Origin: Isurus oxyrinchus
Lineage: Eukaryota
Direction: 5' to 3'
DNA: 64,000 bases
NCBI GenBank assembly: GCA_026770705.1
Contig: JANJGN010000026.1
Location: 32,116,001 to 32,180,000 of the forward strand
Translations under genes and position numbers: made by a program
Notes under the pieces: generated by a model
Told to the model about the DNA's origin: nothing
The model's database searches: none
The model's input: the letters and a program-made list of their open reading frames with translations, nothing else
Part shown: piece by piece, positions 35,421-49,400 of the stretch
Layout: the number at the start of each line of letters is the position of its first letter
Numbering within the stretch: position 1 is the stretch's first letter

Positions 35421-37229
35421 CTTCAAGGGGTTTATTTCCATTGTGTGTCTGTGACCTTTCATCGATGGAAGTTTGTCCAGGACCTTCGTGAAATTCAGTT
35501 GCAAACAATATGATGTACGTCTCCGTCTCTCTCCCTCCCTCTCCCTCTCACACACACAGACCAAAATGGCATTTTGTGCTTCAACTTAAGATCCCACCTT
35601 GACTTCTTGGGAGGCTCCGGAGCACGTAACTATTGAAGAAAATGACTGTCTTTCAGGTGGTATCATGAACCAATAAACTCTCCCCAACACTATGCTTGTT
35701 GAGGTGGACATTAAAGTTCCCATGGTCTCTATACAGCGCCCTGGTCAACATCCCTCCCTTTAATCAAGATGAACAAAGTCACATCACCAGGAATTGGGCC
35801 ACTTTACTCTGCTGCTGACTTTAACGTGTGCTAATCAACCACATTCATCTGCAATTAGTTTAATTTTGTTAAATTTTGACACCTCCCGCAGAAGGTGATG
35901 CGGTACTACATCTGAGGAAGTGGACTCTTGATACAATAATGTCAAAGATCTAACCTGACAGCGACATTTTCACAGTAGCTGCAATTGCAAAGTTTGGCCA
36001 GCAGATGGATTTGAAATCTTGAAGGATCCATTGTGTGAAGCAGGAGTTGTCTCAAATAATATTGCATCGGACCCTGTCTCTGTCTTTTAAAATTGGATTC
36101 CATCTAATCTTATGTTAGACCAAACACTGTCTCTGTTTATATGTCACTGTACCCTGTTTCAATTAATACTGCATTAGCATATGTCACTGTACCCTGTTTC
36201 AATTAATACTGCACCAGTCAATACCAATATTTATATCCAGACATAGTATGGAAGATCCCACATCCAACGGATTAGATTTTATCTCTGAAGTCCTGTCACA
36301 TCCAGTCGCTAATGGTGGGTAATTAAACAAATAGCCAGAGAATGGGGCTGCACAAAATTGTGGGTCTGGAGTTGTATGTATGGGAGGCGGTGGTGTAATG
36401 GCATTCTCGTTCGGCTAGTAATTGGCTTGGGATCTGTGTTGAATCCCCCCATGGCAGATGATGAAATTTGATTTCAAAAATCTAATGCTGACCATGAAAC
36501 CATTGTCGTAAAAACCCATCTGGTTCACACTAATGCCACCTGGTCTGGACTGCATGTGACTGCAGACCCACAGCAATGTGGTTGATTCTTAAATAGCGTA
36601 ACAAGCCACACTGTTCACAAGGGCAATTGGGGATGGGCAATAAATGCTGGCCTAGCCAGTGCCGCCCACATTCCCACGAACGAAGAATAACAATGTAGGC
36701 CAGACTGGGTAAGGACGGCAGATTTCCTTCTCTAAATGACATCGGTGAACCAGAAGGATATTTATGATAATCGATTATAGTTTCATGGTCACCATTATAG
36801 AGACGAGCCTTCAATTCCAGATTTATTAATTGAATTTGGATTCCTCTTGCTGCCATAACGGGATTCAAACCCCTATCCCCAGGGAAAAGGCCTGGATCTC
36901 TGGGTTACTAACCCAGTGATGTTCCCAATGCACGATCGGCCCTCCCATGTTATACAGGATCCTGGTTCGATTATTAATATCCTGGAAACTGCTTTATTTC
37001 TATTGTGCTGGATCAGGCCTCTGTGTGTATTAAAATAGACCCTATCTCCTTAATGTTCCAATGGAAGCCATCTCAGTTTGCATTGCTCTGGACCCCATCT
37101 CCACTTATGTTACATTAGGCCCTGTCTCCGTTTATATTTAAATGGACCCTGTCTGTTTATATTACATTCGATCTTGACTATGTCTATATTGTACCAGACC
37201 TGGTCATTGTAACTATGGCACGATACTAT

Positions 37230-37268
37230 GCCTCTGAAGAAGAGTCATACGGACTCGAAACGTTAGCT
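37230..37268 (+). ncRNA. Minimal type-I hammerhead ribozyme motif in a Penelope terminal repeat
   Basis: CUGAAGA-A-GAGUC(AUACG)GACUC-GAAAC-GUU: conserved core, 5-bp stem II, palindromic AACGUU stem III, imperfect stem I. Confidence 0.6.
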
Positions 37269-37639
37269 CTGTTTTTCTCCCCACAGATGCTGTCAGACCT
37301 GCTGTGTTTTTCCAGCATTTTTTATTTCTAATTCAGATTTCCAGCATCAGCAGTGTTTTGCTTTAATCTATGCTTCTGTTTAAATTATGGCTGCATTACC
37401 CCATGTGTCTATGAGAAGGAGAGATAATATTAAAAATAAAGATCTTGGCCTGGACATTGGCATCTGGCAATAGCCTGAAACGGGCGGTATAGCATCGGCC
37501 GTACATGCTTCGCAGCACTTGATATTCACCTTCAGCGCAGTCAGCAGAATGAGATTTCAGATATCGCTTCTTCTTTGCCAGCGCCCAAGGCCAATTTCTC
37601 CCCTATAGAGATGTATGTGTAGGAGGATGTAGGGCATGT

Positions 37640-40110
37640 GTTCCCGTGTGCTTGTAGCCCTTGTTATTCTGGGAGGTGGAGGTCACAGGTATGGAAGGTA
37701 TTGTTGAAGAGGCCTTGGCGAGTTGCTGCAGTGCATCTTGTAGATGGTACACTCTGCAGCCACTGTGTATCGGTGGTGATGGGAATGAATGTTTAACTCC
37801 TGGATGAGGTGCCTATCAAGGGGTTGATTTCCCCTGGTTGGTGTGGAGATTCTTGAGTGTTGCTGAAGTTACATTCGTCCAGGAAAGTAAACAATTTCCA
37901 ATAGGCATCTGACTTGCAGACCTGCAGATGGTGGAAAGGCTTCGGGTGTCCGGAGGTGAGTTATTCACCACAGAATCCTCAGCCTCTGACCTACTCTTGT
38001 AGTCACAGTGTTTATATGGCTGTTTCAGTTCAGTTTCTGTTGAATGATACCTGTATGACGTTGATGGTGGGTTTCAGGGACAGTAATGCCTTTTGAATTT
38101 TGAGGAGAGATGATTGGTTTCCTTATTGTTGGAGTTGGTCATTGCCTGGCACTTGTGTGTTGCTTATATCACTTGCAACTTATGAGCTCAAAGATGAATT
38201 TTGTCCAGTTCGAGATGTAACAAGTAAGGACGATTTCATTACCTGAGAGGTCATAAATGGAACTGAACACTGAAAATATGAGCGAACATCCCAACTCTTG
38301 ACCCAGTGATGAAGGGAAAGTAATTGATGAAGGGACTGAAGATGCTTGGGCCAAGGACACTTCTCTGAGGGACTACTGGAATGATGTCCTGGTGCCGAGA
38401 TGATTTGTCTCTAACAACCACAACATCTTCATGTGTATTAGATGTGACTCCAGCCATTGGAGAGACTTACCCTTGCTTCCCATTGACATGACTCTTCCCA
38501 AGGCTTCTTCATGCCACACTCGGTCAATGGCTACTTTGACAGCAATTGCTAAAGCGTTCACACATCATGTCTGGAAGTCCGTTCTCTTGACCATGTTCAG
38601 GTCAAATTTACAATGAGCTTTGAAGCTGACTGATCCGGGTGTATCTAGTCTGAGCTTTGGTGAGCAGGTCGGCGATATCTTCAATCACTTTACTGATGAT
38701 TGAGAGTAGACTGATTGTGCAGCTCGGAGACTGATTTGATCTGTTGTCCATTATGTACAGTGTTGTAGCTTCACACGGTGGTTCATCATTTTCAGGTATT
38801 CCTGGTTTTGCTTTTGACCTGCTGTTCTACATTTCTCATTGTCCCCAGGCTGAATGTTAGACTCATGGATGTTTACAGCCAGAAGGAGGCTATTCGGCCC
38901 ACCGTTTTCGCACAGGTCAACAACAATTTGACAAAACTAATCCTATTTTCCAGCGATTGACCCATAGCCCTGGAAGCTATGGCAGCTTAAGTGGTAACTT
39001 AAATACTTATTGAATTTTGCAAAAGTCCCTGAGTCAACCACACTTTCAGTCAGTGAGTTCCAGATTCCAACCACCCTCTGGATGAAAGAAATTCTCCTCA
39101 ACTCCCCTCTTAGTCTTCTACCTCCTACCTTAAATCTCTGCCCCCTGGTTATTGACCCCCCTAAAAATGGAAAAAGTGCCTTCCTATCCATTCTATCTAT
39201 GCCCCTATAATCTTTTACGCCTCTATCAGGACCCCTCTCAGCCTTCGTTGCTCCAAGGAAAGCAGCCCCAGACTATCCAATCTTCCGTCATTGCTCAGGC
39301 CCTCCAGCCTGGCAGCACCCTGGTATATCTCCTTTGCACTGTCTTCAGTGCATTCACATTCTTCTTATAATGTGGTGACCAGAACTACATGCAGCACTCC
39401 AGTTGTGGCCTAACCAACGTTTTATACAATTCCAGCATAAACTCCTTACTCTTGTATTCTATGCCTCGGTTAATAAAGGTAAGTGTCCAATATGCCTTCT
39501 TAACCACCTCATCTACTTGCCCTGCTACCTCCAGAGATCTGTGGATGTGCACACCAAGGTGTGAGTGAGGGATATTCTGGTCCATGAGATTACAGGTTAT
39601 GACTGAATGCAATTATTCAGCTGCTGATGGCCACCAGCATCTCATTGTTGCCAAGTTTTGAACTGCTAGACCTGTTCTGAATGTATCCTGTTTAGCATGG
39701 CAGCAGTGCCACACAACACAATGGAGAATGTGCTCAGAATGAATACCGGCCTTGGTTTCCGCAAGGACAGTGCAGGGGTCAATCTCACCTATATTGCTAG
39801 TGTGATGGGCCTGAGATCAGGTCAGGTTTTCCTTCGTGTTGGCTCTCTCATCATCTGTGGCAGGTCCAGCCTGGCAGATACCTCATTCAGGACTCATCCA
39901 GCTCGGTCATTAGTGGTCTTGTCAAATGGTAATTGACTTTGCAAACCCACAGCACATGCATTGCCTTTGCTACCCTCAGTGGTTCTTCCAAGTAGTGCTA
40001 AAGATGAAGGAGTACAGATTCATCAGCTGAAGGAGGGCAATAGGTGTTAATGACCAGGAGGTATCTCCATCCCTATCTTATCTGGTTATGTGGGGCTTCA
40101 GGTCATCTGT
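37640..40110 (-). mobile_element. Old L2/CR1-type LINE interrupted by a younger CR1 (38860-39560, minus)
   Basis: Remnants DRVWHE..LQWLESHL and VPQRSVLGP.IFS.FIN; the inner element has ELYKTLVRPQLECC and QRVVGIWNSL. Confidence 0.75.
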
Positions 40111-40371
40111 TGTCAATATTGCTGCACTCCACCATGTCTCTGTTCAAATTACACTGGGCCTGTCTCGTTGTTACTGCTCTGGTCCATATTTCTGTAAAAC
40201 TAGACCCTGTTACAGTTATTTATGTTATTGTTCCCTGTTTATGTTACATTAGTACATTCCCTTGCATTATTGCTGTAGACCCTGGAAATAGGCATTAAAT
40301 GCTTTAATTTAAACAGCTGCAAGATAAGAGAGATCTGTGGCTTATGAAGACAAATCTGGGATGCAGGGAGG

Positions 40372-41160
40372 ACAAGACCATAAGACCAAAAGACATAGGA
40401 GCAGAAAATAGGCCATTCAGTCCATCGAGTCTGCTCCACCATTCAATCATTGCTAATAAGTTTCTCAACTCCATTTTCCTGCCTTTTCCCCGGAACCTTT
40501 GATCCCCTTACCAATCAAAAACCTATCTATCTCGGCCTCAAAAACACTCAAAGACCTGGCCTCCACAGCCTTCTGTGGCAATGAATTCCATAGATTCACC
40601 ACTCTCTGGCTAAAAAAGTTTCACCTCATTTCTGTTCTAAAAGGCCTTCTCTTTACCTTGAGGCTGTGCCTAGTCTCTTCTACGACTGGAAACATCTTCC
40701 CCATGTCCACTCTATCCAGGTCTTTCAGTATTCTGTAAGTTTCAATCAGATCCCCCCTCATCCATCTAAACTCCATCAAGTATAGACCCCGAGTCCTCAA
40801 ACGTTTCTCATATGTTAAGCCTTTCATTCCTGGGATCATTCTCGTGAACCTCCTCAGGACCCTCTCCAGGGCTAGCACATCCTTCCTGAGATACGGGGCC
40901 CAAAATTGCTCACAATATTCTAAATGTTGTCTGACCAGAGACTTATAAATCCTCAGCAGCACATCCCTGCTTTTATATTCTAGTCCTCTTGAAATAAATG
41001 CCAACATTGCATTTGCCTTCCTAACTACCGACTCAACCTGCAAGTTAACCTTAAGAGAATCCTGGACCAGGACTCCAAAGTCCGTTTGCACTCCAGATTT
41101 CTGAATTATCTTCCCATTTAGGAAATACTCTATGCCTCTATTCTTCCTACAAAGTGCAAG
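40372..41160 (-). mobile_element. CR1 LINE 3' fragment, same subfamily as 6030-6990
   Basis: ORF 40621-41169: LQVESVVRKANAMLAFISRGLEYKSRDVLL..LVRQHLEYC. Confidence 0.93.
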
Positions 41161-41284
41161 TCTCGACATCTAAATAGGCACCCATGATAATCGTTTTCGA
41201 AAGATTTTTAGCATTATTAACCATCTTGATGTCTGATCATCACCATTTCCACCCCAACCAATTTCCACATTATTGGGCTTGTGC

Positions 41285-41760
41285 AGTGCAGTAATAACTG
41301 AGGCCGCATCTAATGGAATTTAAATGCAATTTAGCGCAGAACTGAGGCAACGCCTATTTCAATACAGAGACAGGTCTAGATGAATATATACAGAGACATG
41401 TCAAGTGTACTATAAAGAGATAAGGCCTTGTTTAATAGAAACAAAGACAGGATCTAGAGTAATATAAACAGAAGCAGGGTCCAATGTAATATAAACAGAG
41501 ACAGCGTCTAGTGTATTATAAACACAGACCAGGTCGAGTATAATATAAAAAGGGACATGTCGAGTGTAATATAAACAGAAACATTTGAGTGTGATATAAA
41601 CAAGGAGAGGGCCTAGCGCAATACAAACAGACAGAGTCTAGTATAGCATAAAGAGAGTCAGCGTCACGTGCCGATCGTAATATAAACTGAGAAAGGGCCT
41701 AATATAATGCAAACACAGACAGGGTCTAGTGTAATATTAACACGGGCAGGGTCACGGTCG
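41285..41760 (-). repeat. 27-bp satellite family, inverted and decayed block
   Basis: AATATAAACAGAGACAGGGTCTAGTGT-like units (reverse complement of the B monomer). Confidence 0.85.
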
Positions 41761-41769
41761 AATGCAATA

Positions 41770-42270
41770 TTGACACCGGGCCTACAGTCCCATCAAACAC
41801 TCCCAGGGCAGGTGCAGCATGGGGAGAGGCACAGAATTTAATGCTCCGTCTACATTGCCACGTTAAATACTCCCAGGGAAGGCCAGCACTGGTAAAATGT
41901 GGTCAGACATGGCCTAGTGTAATGCAGAGACAAGGCCTGCGGCTCCGTCAGGTGTAGCATGGGACTACATTAATAACGTAAAGCTCCCTCTACATTGCTA
42001 CATGAAAAACTCCTAAGGCAGGTATAGCACGGGTTAGATTCAGAGTGAAATTGTCCCAGTCTACATTGTCCTATCAAACACTCCAAAGGCCGGGACAACA
42101 CAGGTCAGATACAGGGAAAGATCGTTCGGCATTGCGACATCAGATCCTCGCTACTGGGCACAACACAGGTTAGATACAGGGTAACGTTTCCCCTTCAGTT
42201 TCCCATCAAGCACTCCCAGGTCATTGAATGCTCAAAACAGATTTAGAGTAAAGATCCCTCTATGGATTCT
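41770..42270 (+). repeat. ~65-70-bp degenerate tandem repeat (related copies at about 24800-24910 and 25500-25650)
   Basis: TCCCATCAAACACTCCCAGGGCAGGT..AGCACGGGTTAGATACAGAGTAAAGCTCCCTCTACATTG recurring. Confidence 0.8.
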
Positions 42271-43479
42271 AATCCATTTCATTTGATCCATTTAGTTTGA
42301 AGTGCATGAATCGGGCTGAGATAACACATTGGCTAGACATTGACTTCATGTTGTGGAGGAAAGACAGTGACCCACAGTGGAGAGACAAGACACAGAACCA
42401 AATAAGAGAAAGAGACAGAGAGAGAGAGGGAGAGGGTACAGGAAATCTCTACAAACACATTTGCCATGCCATTATATTTCATGATAAGTGGGAATGTATC
42501 TTAATTCTGAACATGGAAGTCATCGTGACATAATGCTCATATAACTAATTTTAAAATTGCCCCTTAAAATTTGCTACTGAAATCGGTTGATGTATTTGCA
42601 TGTTTGGCTCTATTTCTGTGTTGGTGGGGAAATATTTGTTGTGTTATTGTCTCTTCAGAATCTAATCTGAGACTTCTATTTCTGTGTTTATTTACATAAA
42701 CGCCTCACTGGTTTCAATTAAGTTTTCATGGCAGCAAAACCAGATAAACACAGACACTTATTGATTGGTTTCAACTCAAAACAAGGTTTTATTTTAAGAA
42801 TATTGATAGTTGTTACAAAATGAATGGAAACGTCTTCAACATCAATAAGAACATGTTATTTATTTCAAATAAATAAAAATACATTTAAATTAAGAATTTA
42901 ATTCCAAAAAATCTACTATCATAATCTTTGAACAGGCTGGGATTCCACTGAATGTCAATTTGATTGAAGATTTAACCCCTTTAAACTGGACAAGTTAAAA
43001 CGGCAGCCAGAAGACTGACCTACAATCATATTAATCTCTGAGTTTTCAACATATCGCAACTATCATTTTAAAATGTCAACATTTAGAAATAATTTGCATT
43101 TATAGAATGATGCTCATGACCCTTAAAACTCGTTGATGTAGTTTTGTTGAGGTTTAGACACTACTGTAATGTTGGAAATGCATCCGGTGATTTGTACACA
43201 GCAAGATCCCACGAATAGAGTTGTGAAAAATGACCAGATAATACGTGATTTTAGTTAAAGAATGAATATTGGTATGGGATCGTGGGGCGAACAGTTCTGC
43301 TCTCAAGAAGGTACCAAGGGAGATTTTGCACCTGCCATCGACCTGAGAATTTGATCTGTTTCTCTCCGAACTGATGCCCACAGGCCTGCTAAGCGTTTTT
43401 TTTTTTTGTTTTGCTTTAGATTTCCAGAATCTGTAGTATTTTGCAGTGCTTTAATTTGTTCTTGGGATATGGGTGCCAC

Positions 43480-46400
43480 TGATGAAGTAATTCTTGCACT
43501 TGGCCCTGTCTCACTATATTAGTGCAGATCATTCATCAGTAATCACTGCACACACCCTGCCTCAGTTTATCTTAACCTAGAGCTGTATCAGTAATCAATG
43601 CACTTCGCCCTGTCTGAGTTTCTATTAATCTATACCTTGTATCAGTATGCACTGCCTCAGTTTATATCAATCTAAACCCTATGTCAGTAATCACTGCATT
43701 GGATCCTGTCGCAGCTTATAAAAATCTAGATGCTGCATTAATAATCAGTGCACTAGACCCTTTCTCATTAAAAATTAATACAGTCCCTTTGTCAGTAATG
43801 ACTCACTAGATCCTGTCTCAGTTTATATTAATCTTGGCCCTATATCAGTAATCACTATACTAGACCCAGTCACAGTCTATATCAATCTAGACCTTATATC
43901 AGTAATCACTGCAGTAGGGCCTGTCTCAGTTTATATCAATGAAGATCCTGTATCAGTAATCACTGCACTAGAGCCTGTCCGGATTATACTAACCTAGACC
44001 TGTATGCACTATGTACTGCCTCAGTTTATATCAATTTAGACCCTGTATCAGTCATCACTGCACTGGTCATTGTCTGAGTTTATATTGATCAGGACCATGT
44101 ATCAGTAAACAAGCACTGGACCCTGTCTCAGTTTCTATTAATCTAGACCCTGTATCAGTAATCACTGTACAATGCTCTGCTGCAGTTTCCATTAATCCAG
44201 AACCTGTTTCGGTAATCGCTGCATTTGGCCCTGTATCAGATTATATTAATCTTTATCCTGTGTCAGTAATCACTACACTAGGCCCTGCCTCAGTTTCTTT
44301 TAATCTGGAGCCTGTATCAGTAATCACTGAACTAGACCTTGTTTCAGTTAATATCTCAAGACCCTGTATCAGTAATCACTGCACTTGGTCCACTTTCAGT
44401 TTCTATTAATCTAGACTCCATCAGTAATCACTGCACTATGCTCTACTTCAGTATTTATCAATCTAAACCCTGTATTAATAATCACTGCACTAGGCCCGGT
44501 CTCAGTTCATATTAACCTAGGCACTGGATAAGTAATCAGTGCAGTAGGTCCTGTCTCCGCTAATATTGATCTAGACCCTATATCAGTTATCTCTGAACTC
44601 GAGCCTGTCTCAGTTTAAATTAGTCTAGATCCTGTATCAGTAAATACGGCACTGGAACCTGTCTCAGTTTCCATTAATCAAGGCTGTGTGTCAGTAATCA
44701 CTGCAATAGACAGTGTATCAGCTTGCATTGATCGAGACCCTGTATCAATAATCACTGCAATCGATATTGTCTTAGTTTATATTGATCTAGATCCTGTGTC
44801 AGTAATCACTGCACTAGCCCATGTTCTAGTGTATATTTATCTGAGCCCTGCATCAGTAACCACTGCATAATTTACTGCCTCAGTTTATTTAAACCTGTAC
44901 CCTGTATCATTAATCACTGCAGAGGACCCTCTTTCATTTTATATTAATCAAGACCCTGTGTAATTAATCACTGCTCTAGGCCCTGTCTCAGTTTATATTA
45001 ATCTAGACTGGTATCAGTAATCACTGCTCTAGGCCCTGTCCCAGTTAATGTTGACGTTGACTCTGTATTATATTTCTCTGCACTACACCCAGACTCAGTT
45101 TATAGTAGTTGACATCATGCATCAGTAATCTCTGCAATATACTCTGTCTCAGTTCTCATTTCATATTAATCTAGACTCTGTATCGGTAATCACTGCACTA
45201 GGACCTGTCTCAGTTTGTATTAGTCAAGACCCTGTATCAGTAATCACTGCACTTGGCCCTGTCTCAGTTTACACTAGTTCAGGCCCATTTATCATTAATC
45301 ACCGCCCTGGACATGGTGTCAGATTATTTTGATCTAGTCCTTGTATCAGTAATCACTGCCCCAGATCCTGTCTCTGTTTGTATTAATCTCATCCCTGTAT
45401 CAGTATTCACTGGGCTATGCCCTGCCCCAGTTTAAATAAATCTAGACCCTTTATCAGTAGTTACTGCATTTGGCTGTGCCTCAGTTTCTATTAATCAAGA
45501 TCCTGTATTAGTAATCACTGCACCATGCCCTGCCTCAGTTTATATCAATCGAGACCCTGTATTGGTAATCACTGTGCTTGGCCCTGCATCAGTTTAAATT
45601 AATCGAGATCCTGTGTCAGTAATGACTGCACAATGGCCTGCCTCAGTTTATTTCAAACTAGACCCTGTATCATTAATCACTGCAGGAGACCCTCTTTCAT
45701 TTTATATTAGTCAAGACCCTGTATAAGTAATCACTGCTCTAGGCCCTGTCTCAGTTAATATTGATGTTGACTCTGCATCATATTTCTCTCCACTAGACCC
45801 AGACTCAGTTTATAGTAGTTCACATCATGCATCAGTAATCTCTGCATATACTCTGTCTCAGTTCTCATTTCATATTAATCTAGACCATGTATCGGTAATC
45901 ACTGCTCTAGGCCCTGTCTCAGATTATCTTAATCTAGACTGTATCAGTAATCACTGCACTAGACCCTGTCTAGGTTAATGTTGTTCTAGACCCTGTATCA
46001 GTTATCTCTGCAATAGAACTTGTCTCAGTTTATATTAGTGAAGGCCCTGTATTAGGAATCACTGCCCTAGGCCCTGTCTCTGTTTATCTTAACTTAGAGC
46101 CTGTATCAGTAATCACTGCATTTGGCCCTGTCTCATTTTCTATTAATCTACACCCTGTATCAGTAATCACTGCACTAGACCCCATCTCAGTTTATATTAA
46201 TCCAGACCCTGTATCAGTAATGACTACACAATGCCATCCTGCAGTTTATATCAATCTAAACCCTATATCTGTAATCATTGCACTAGGCCCTGACTCAGCT
46301 TATATTAACGTAGACCATGTGTCACTAATCACTGCACTGGACACCAACTCAGTTTATATTAATCAAGGAACAGTATCAGTAACCATTGCACTGGACCCTG

Positions 46401-49400
46401 TCTCAGTTAATGTTGACATCGGCCCTGCATCATATTTCTCTGCACTAGACCCAGCCTCAGTTTATAGTAATCCACACCATGCATCAGTAAGCTCTGCAGT
46501 ATACTCTCTCTCAGTTCTCAGTTCATATTAACCTAGACCCTATATTGGTAATCACTGCACTGGGCCCTGTCTCAGTTTGTATTAGTCAAGACCCTGTATC
46601 AGTAATCACTGCCCTGGCTACAGTGTCAGTTTATTTTGATCTAGTCCCTGTATCAGTAATCACTGCCCCAGATCCTGTCCCAGTTTGTATGACTCTAATC
46701 CCTGTATCAGTATTCACTGCGCTATGACCTGCCCCAGTTTATAGAAATCTAGACCCTGTATCAGTAATAATTGCACTTTGCCCTGTCTCAGTCTCTATTA
46801 ATCTAGGCCCTGTATCAGTAATCACTGCACCATACCATTCCTCAGTTTATATAAATTGAGACCCTGTATCATTAATCGGTGCGCTTGGCCCTGTATCTGT
46901 TTATATTAATCAAGATCTTGTGTCAGTAATCACTGCACTGGACCCTATCTAGGTTATATTAATCTAGACCCTGTATCAGTAATCATTGCACTATGCCCTG
47001 CCTCAGTTTTTATCATCAACACCCTGTATCAGGAATCATTTCACTGGACACTGTCTCAGTTTATTTTGATCTAGACCCTGTGTCAGTAATCACTGCACTG
47101 GACACGGCCTCAGTTTATATTGATCCAGGCCCTGTATCAGTAATTATTGAAATACAGCCTGTCTCAGTTTATATTAATGAACACACTGTCTTAGTAATCA
47201 CTGCACCATGCTCTGTCTCAGTTTCTATTAATCTAGAGCCTTTATCAATAATCACTGCTCTATGCTCTGTATCAGTTTATATCAATCTAGGCCCTATGTT
47301 AGTAATCGCTGCACTAGGCCCTCTCTCAGTTTATGTTAATCTAGACCCTATATCAGTAATCAGTGAACTAGGCCCTGTCTCAATTAATATTGATCTAGGC
47401 TCTATATCAGTTATGTCTTCACTCGAGCCTGTCTCAGTTTATATTAGTCTAGATCCTGTATCAGTAAATATGGCACTAAGGTCTGTCTAAGTTTGCATTG
47501 ATCTAGACCCTGTATCAATAATCACAGCAATGGACACTGTCTCAGTTTATGCAGATCTAGACCCTGTATCAGTAACTACCGCGCTAGCCCATGTCCTAGT
47601 GTATATTTATCTGGGCCCTGAATCAGTAACCTCTTCACTATTGCCTGCCTTAGTTTATTTCAACCTAGGCCCTGTATCATTAATCACTGCAGAAGACCCT
47701 CTTTCACTTTATATTAATCAAGACCCTGTATAATAATCATTGCTCTAGGCCCTGTCTCAGTTTATATTGATCTAGACCCTGTATCAGTAATCACTGCACT
47801 AGCCCCTGTCCTGGCTTATATTTATCTGGGCCCTGTATAAGTAAGCATTGCACAGGGCACTATTTCAGTTTATAGTGATCTAGCCCCTGTATCAGTAATC
47901 ATTGCATTGGGCCCCATCTCAGTTTATATTAGTCCAAACCCTGTATCAGTAATCACTGCACTAGCCTTATTCTAGTTTATATTTATACAGGCCCTCTATC
48001 AATAATCACTGTACAATGCCCTGTCTCAGTTCATATTAGCCTAAACCCTGCATCAGTAATCAGTGCACGAGACCCTATCTCAGTTAATATTGATCTAGGT
48101 CCTGTATCAGTTATCTCTTCACTCAAGCCTGTCTCAGTTTATATTAGTCTAGATCCTGTATCAGTAATCATGGCACTAGGCCCTGCCTCATTTATATCAA
48201 TCTAGACCCTGTATCAGTAATCACTGCAATAGACACTGTATCAGTTTCCATTGATCTAGATCCTGTAAGAGTAATCACCGCACTAGACCCTGCCTCAGTT
48301 ATTTTTTTTTTTATCAATCTAGACCCTGTATCAGTAATCAGTGCACTAGACCCTGTCTTGGTTAATGTTGATCATGGCCCTCTATCATTTATCTCTGCAC
48401 TAGAGCCTGTCTCAGTTTATATTAATCTGGTCCCTGTATCACTAATTACTGCACTAGAACCTGCCTCAGTTTATGTTAATCTAGACACTGTATCAGTAAT
48501 CACCACACTAGACCCTATCTCAATTATGTTAATTTCGACCCTGCATCAGTAATCAGTGCACTAGACCCTGTCTCAGTTTAAATTGATCTAGACCCTGTAT
48601 CATTAACCACAGCAATAGACCCTATTTAATTTTGTATTAATTTAGACTGGGTTTCAATAATCACTGCAATGGACCCTGTCTCATTTTATGTTAAGTTTGA
48701 CCATGGATCAGTCATCACTGCATTACCCCCTGTCTTATTTTATATTTGTCTGGGCCCAATGGCCTGCGTCAGATTGCATCAACCTGGACCCTGTATCAGT
48801 AAGCCGTGAGGTAGATCCGCTATCATTTTATATTTATCAAGACACTGTATCAGTAAACACTGCTTTAGACTCTAACTCAGCTCATATTGATATAGATCCT
48901 GTATCAGTATTACTGCAGTATGGACTGCCTCAGATTATATCAACCTAGACACTGCATCAGTAATCAATGCACTTGGCCCTGTCTCAGTTTATATTGATTT
49001 AGCCTCTGTATCTGTAATCACTGCACTACACCTTAACTCGGTTTATATTGGTCTATATCCTGTATGTGTAATCACTGCACTAGACCTTGTATCAGTTTAT
49101 ATTAATCTAGAGCCTGTGTCAGTAATCACTGCACTAGACCCTGTCTCAATTTTTATCAATTCTTGACCCTGTATCATTAATCACTGCACTTGGCCCTGCC
49201 TCAATTTTTATCAATCTAGACCTGGTAGCAGTAATCGCTGCAGAAGAGCCTGTCTCACTTCATATTAATCTAGAGCCTGTGTCAGAAATCACTTCACGAG
49301 GTGCTGAATCAGTTTACATTAATCTAGACCCTGTATCAGTAATCACTGCAGTTGGCCATGCCTCTGTTCATATTAGCCTAGACCCTTCACCAGTAATCAC

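Noticed and set aside
42760-43030. Possible terminal exon on the minus strand (TAG acceptor, AT-rich tail with AATAAA)
   Set aside because: All frames close within about 21 codons, there is no Ig tailpiece or TM similarity, and no upstream exons were found
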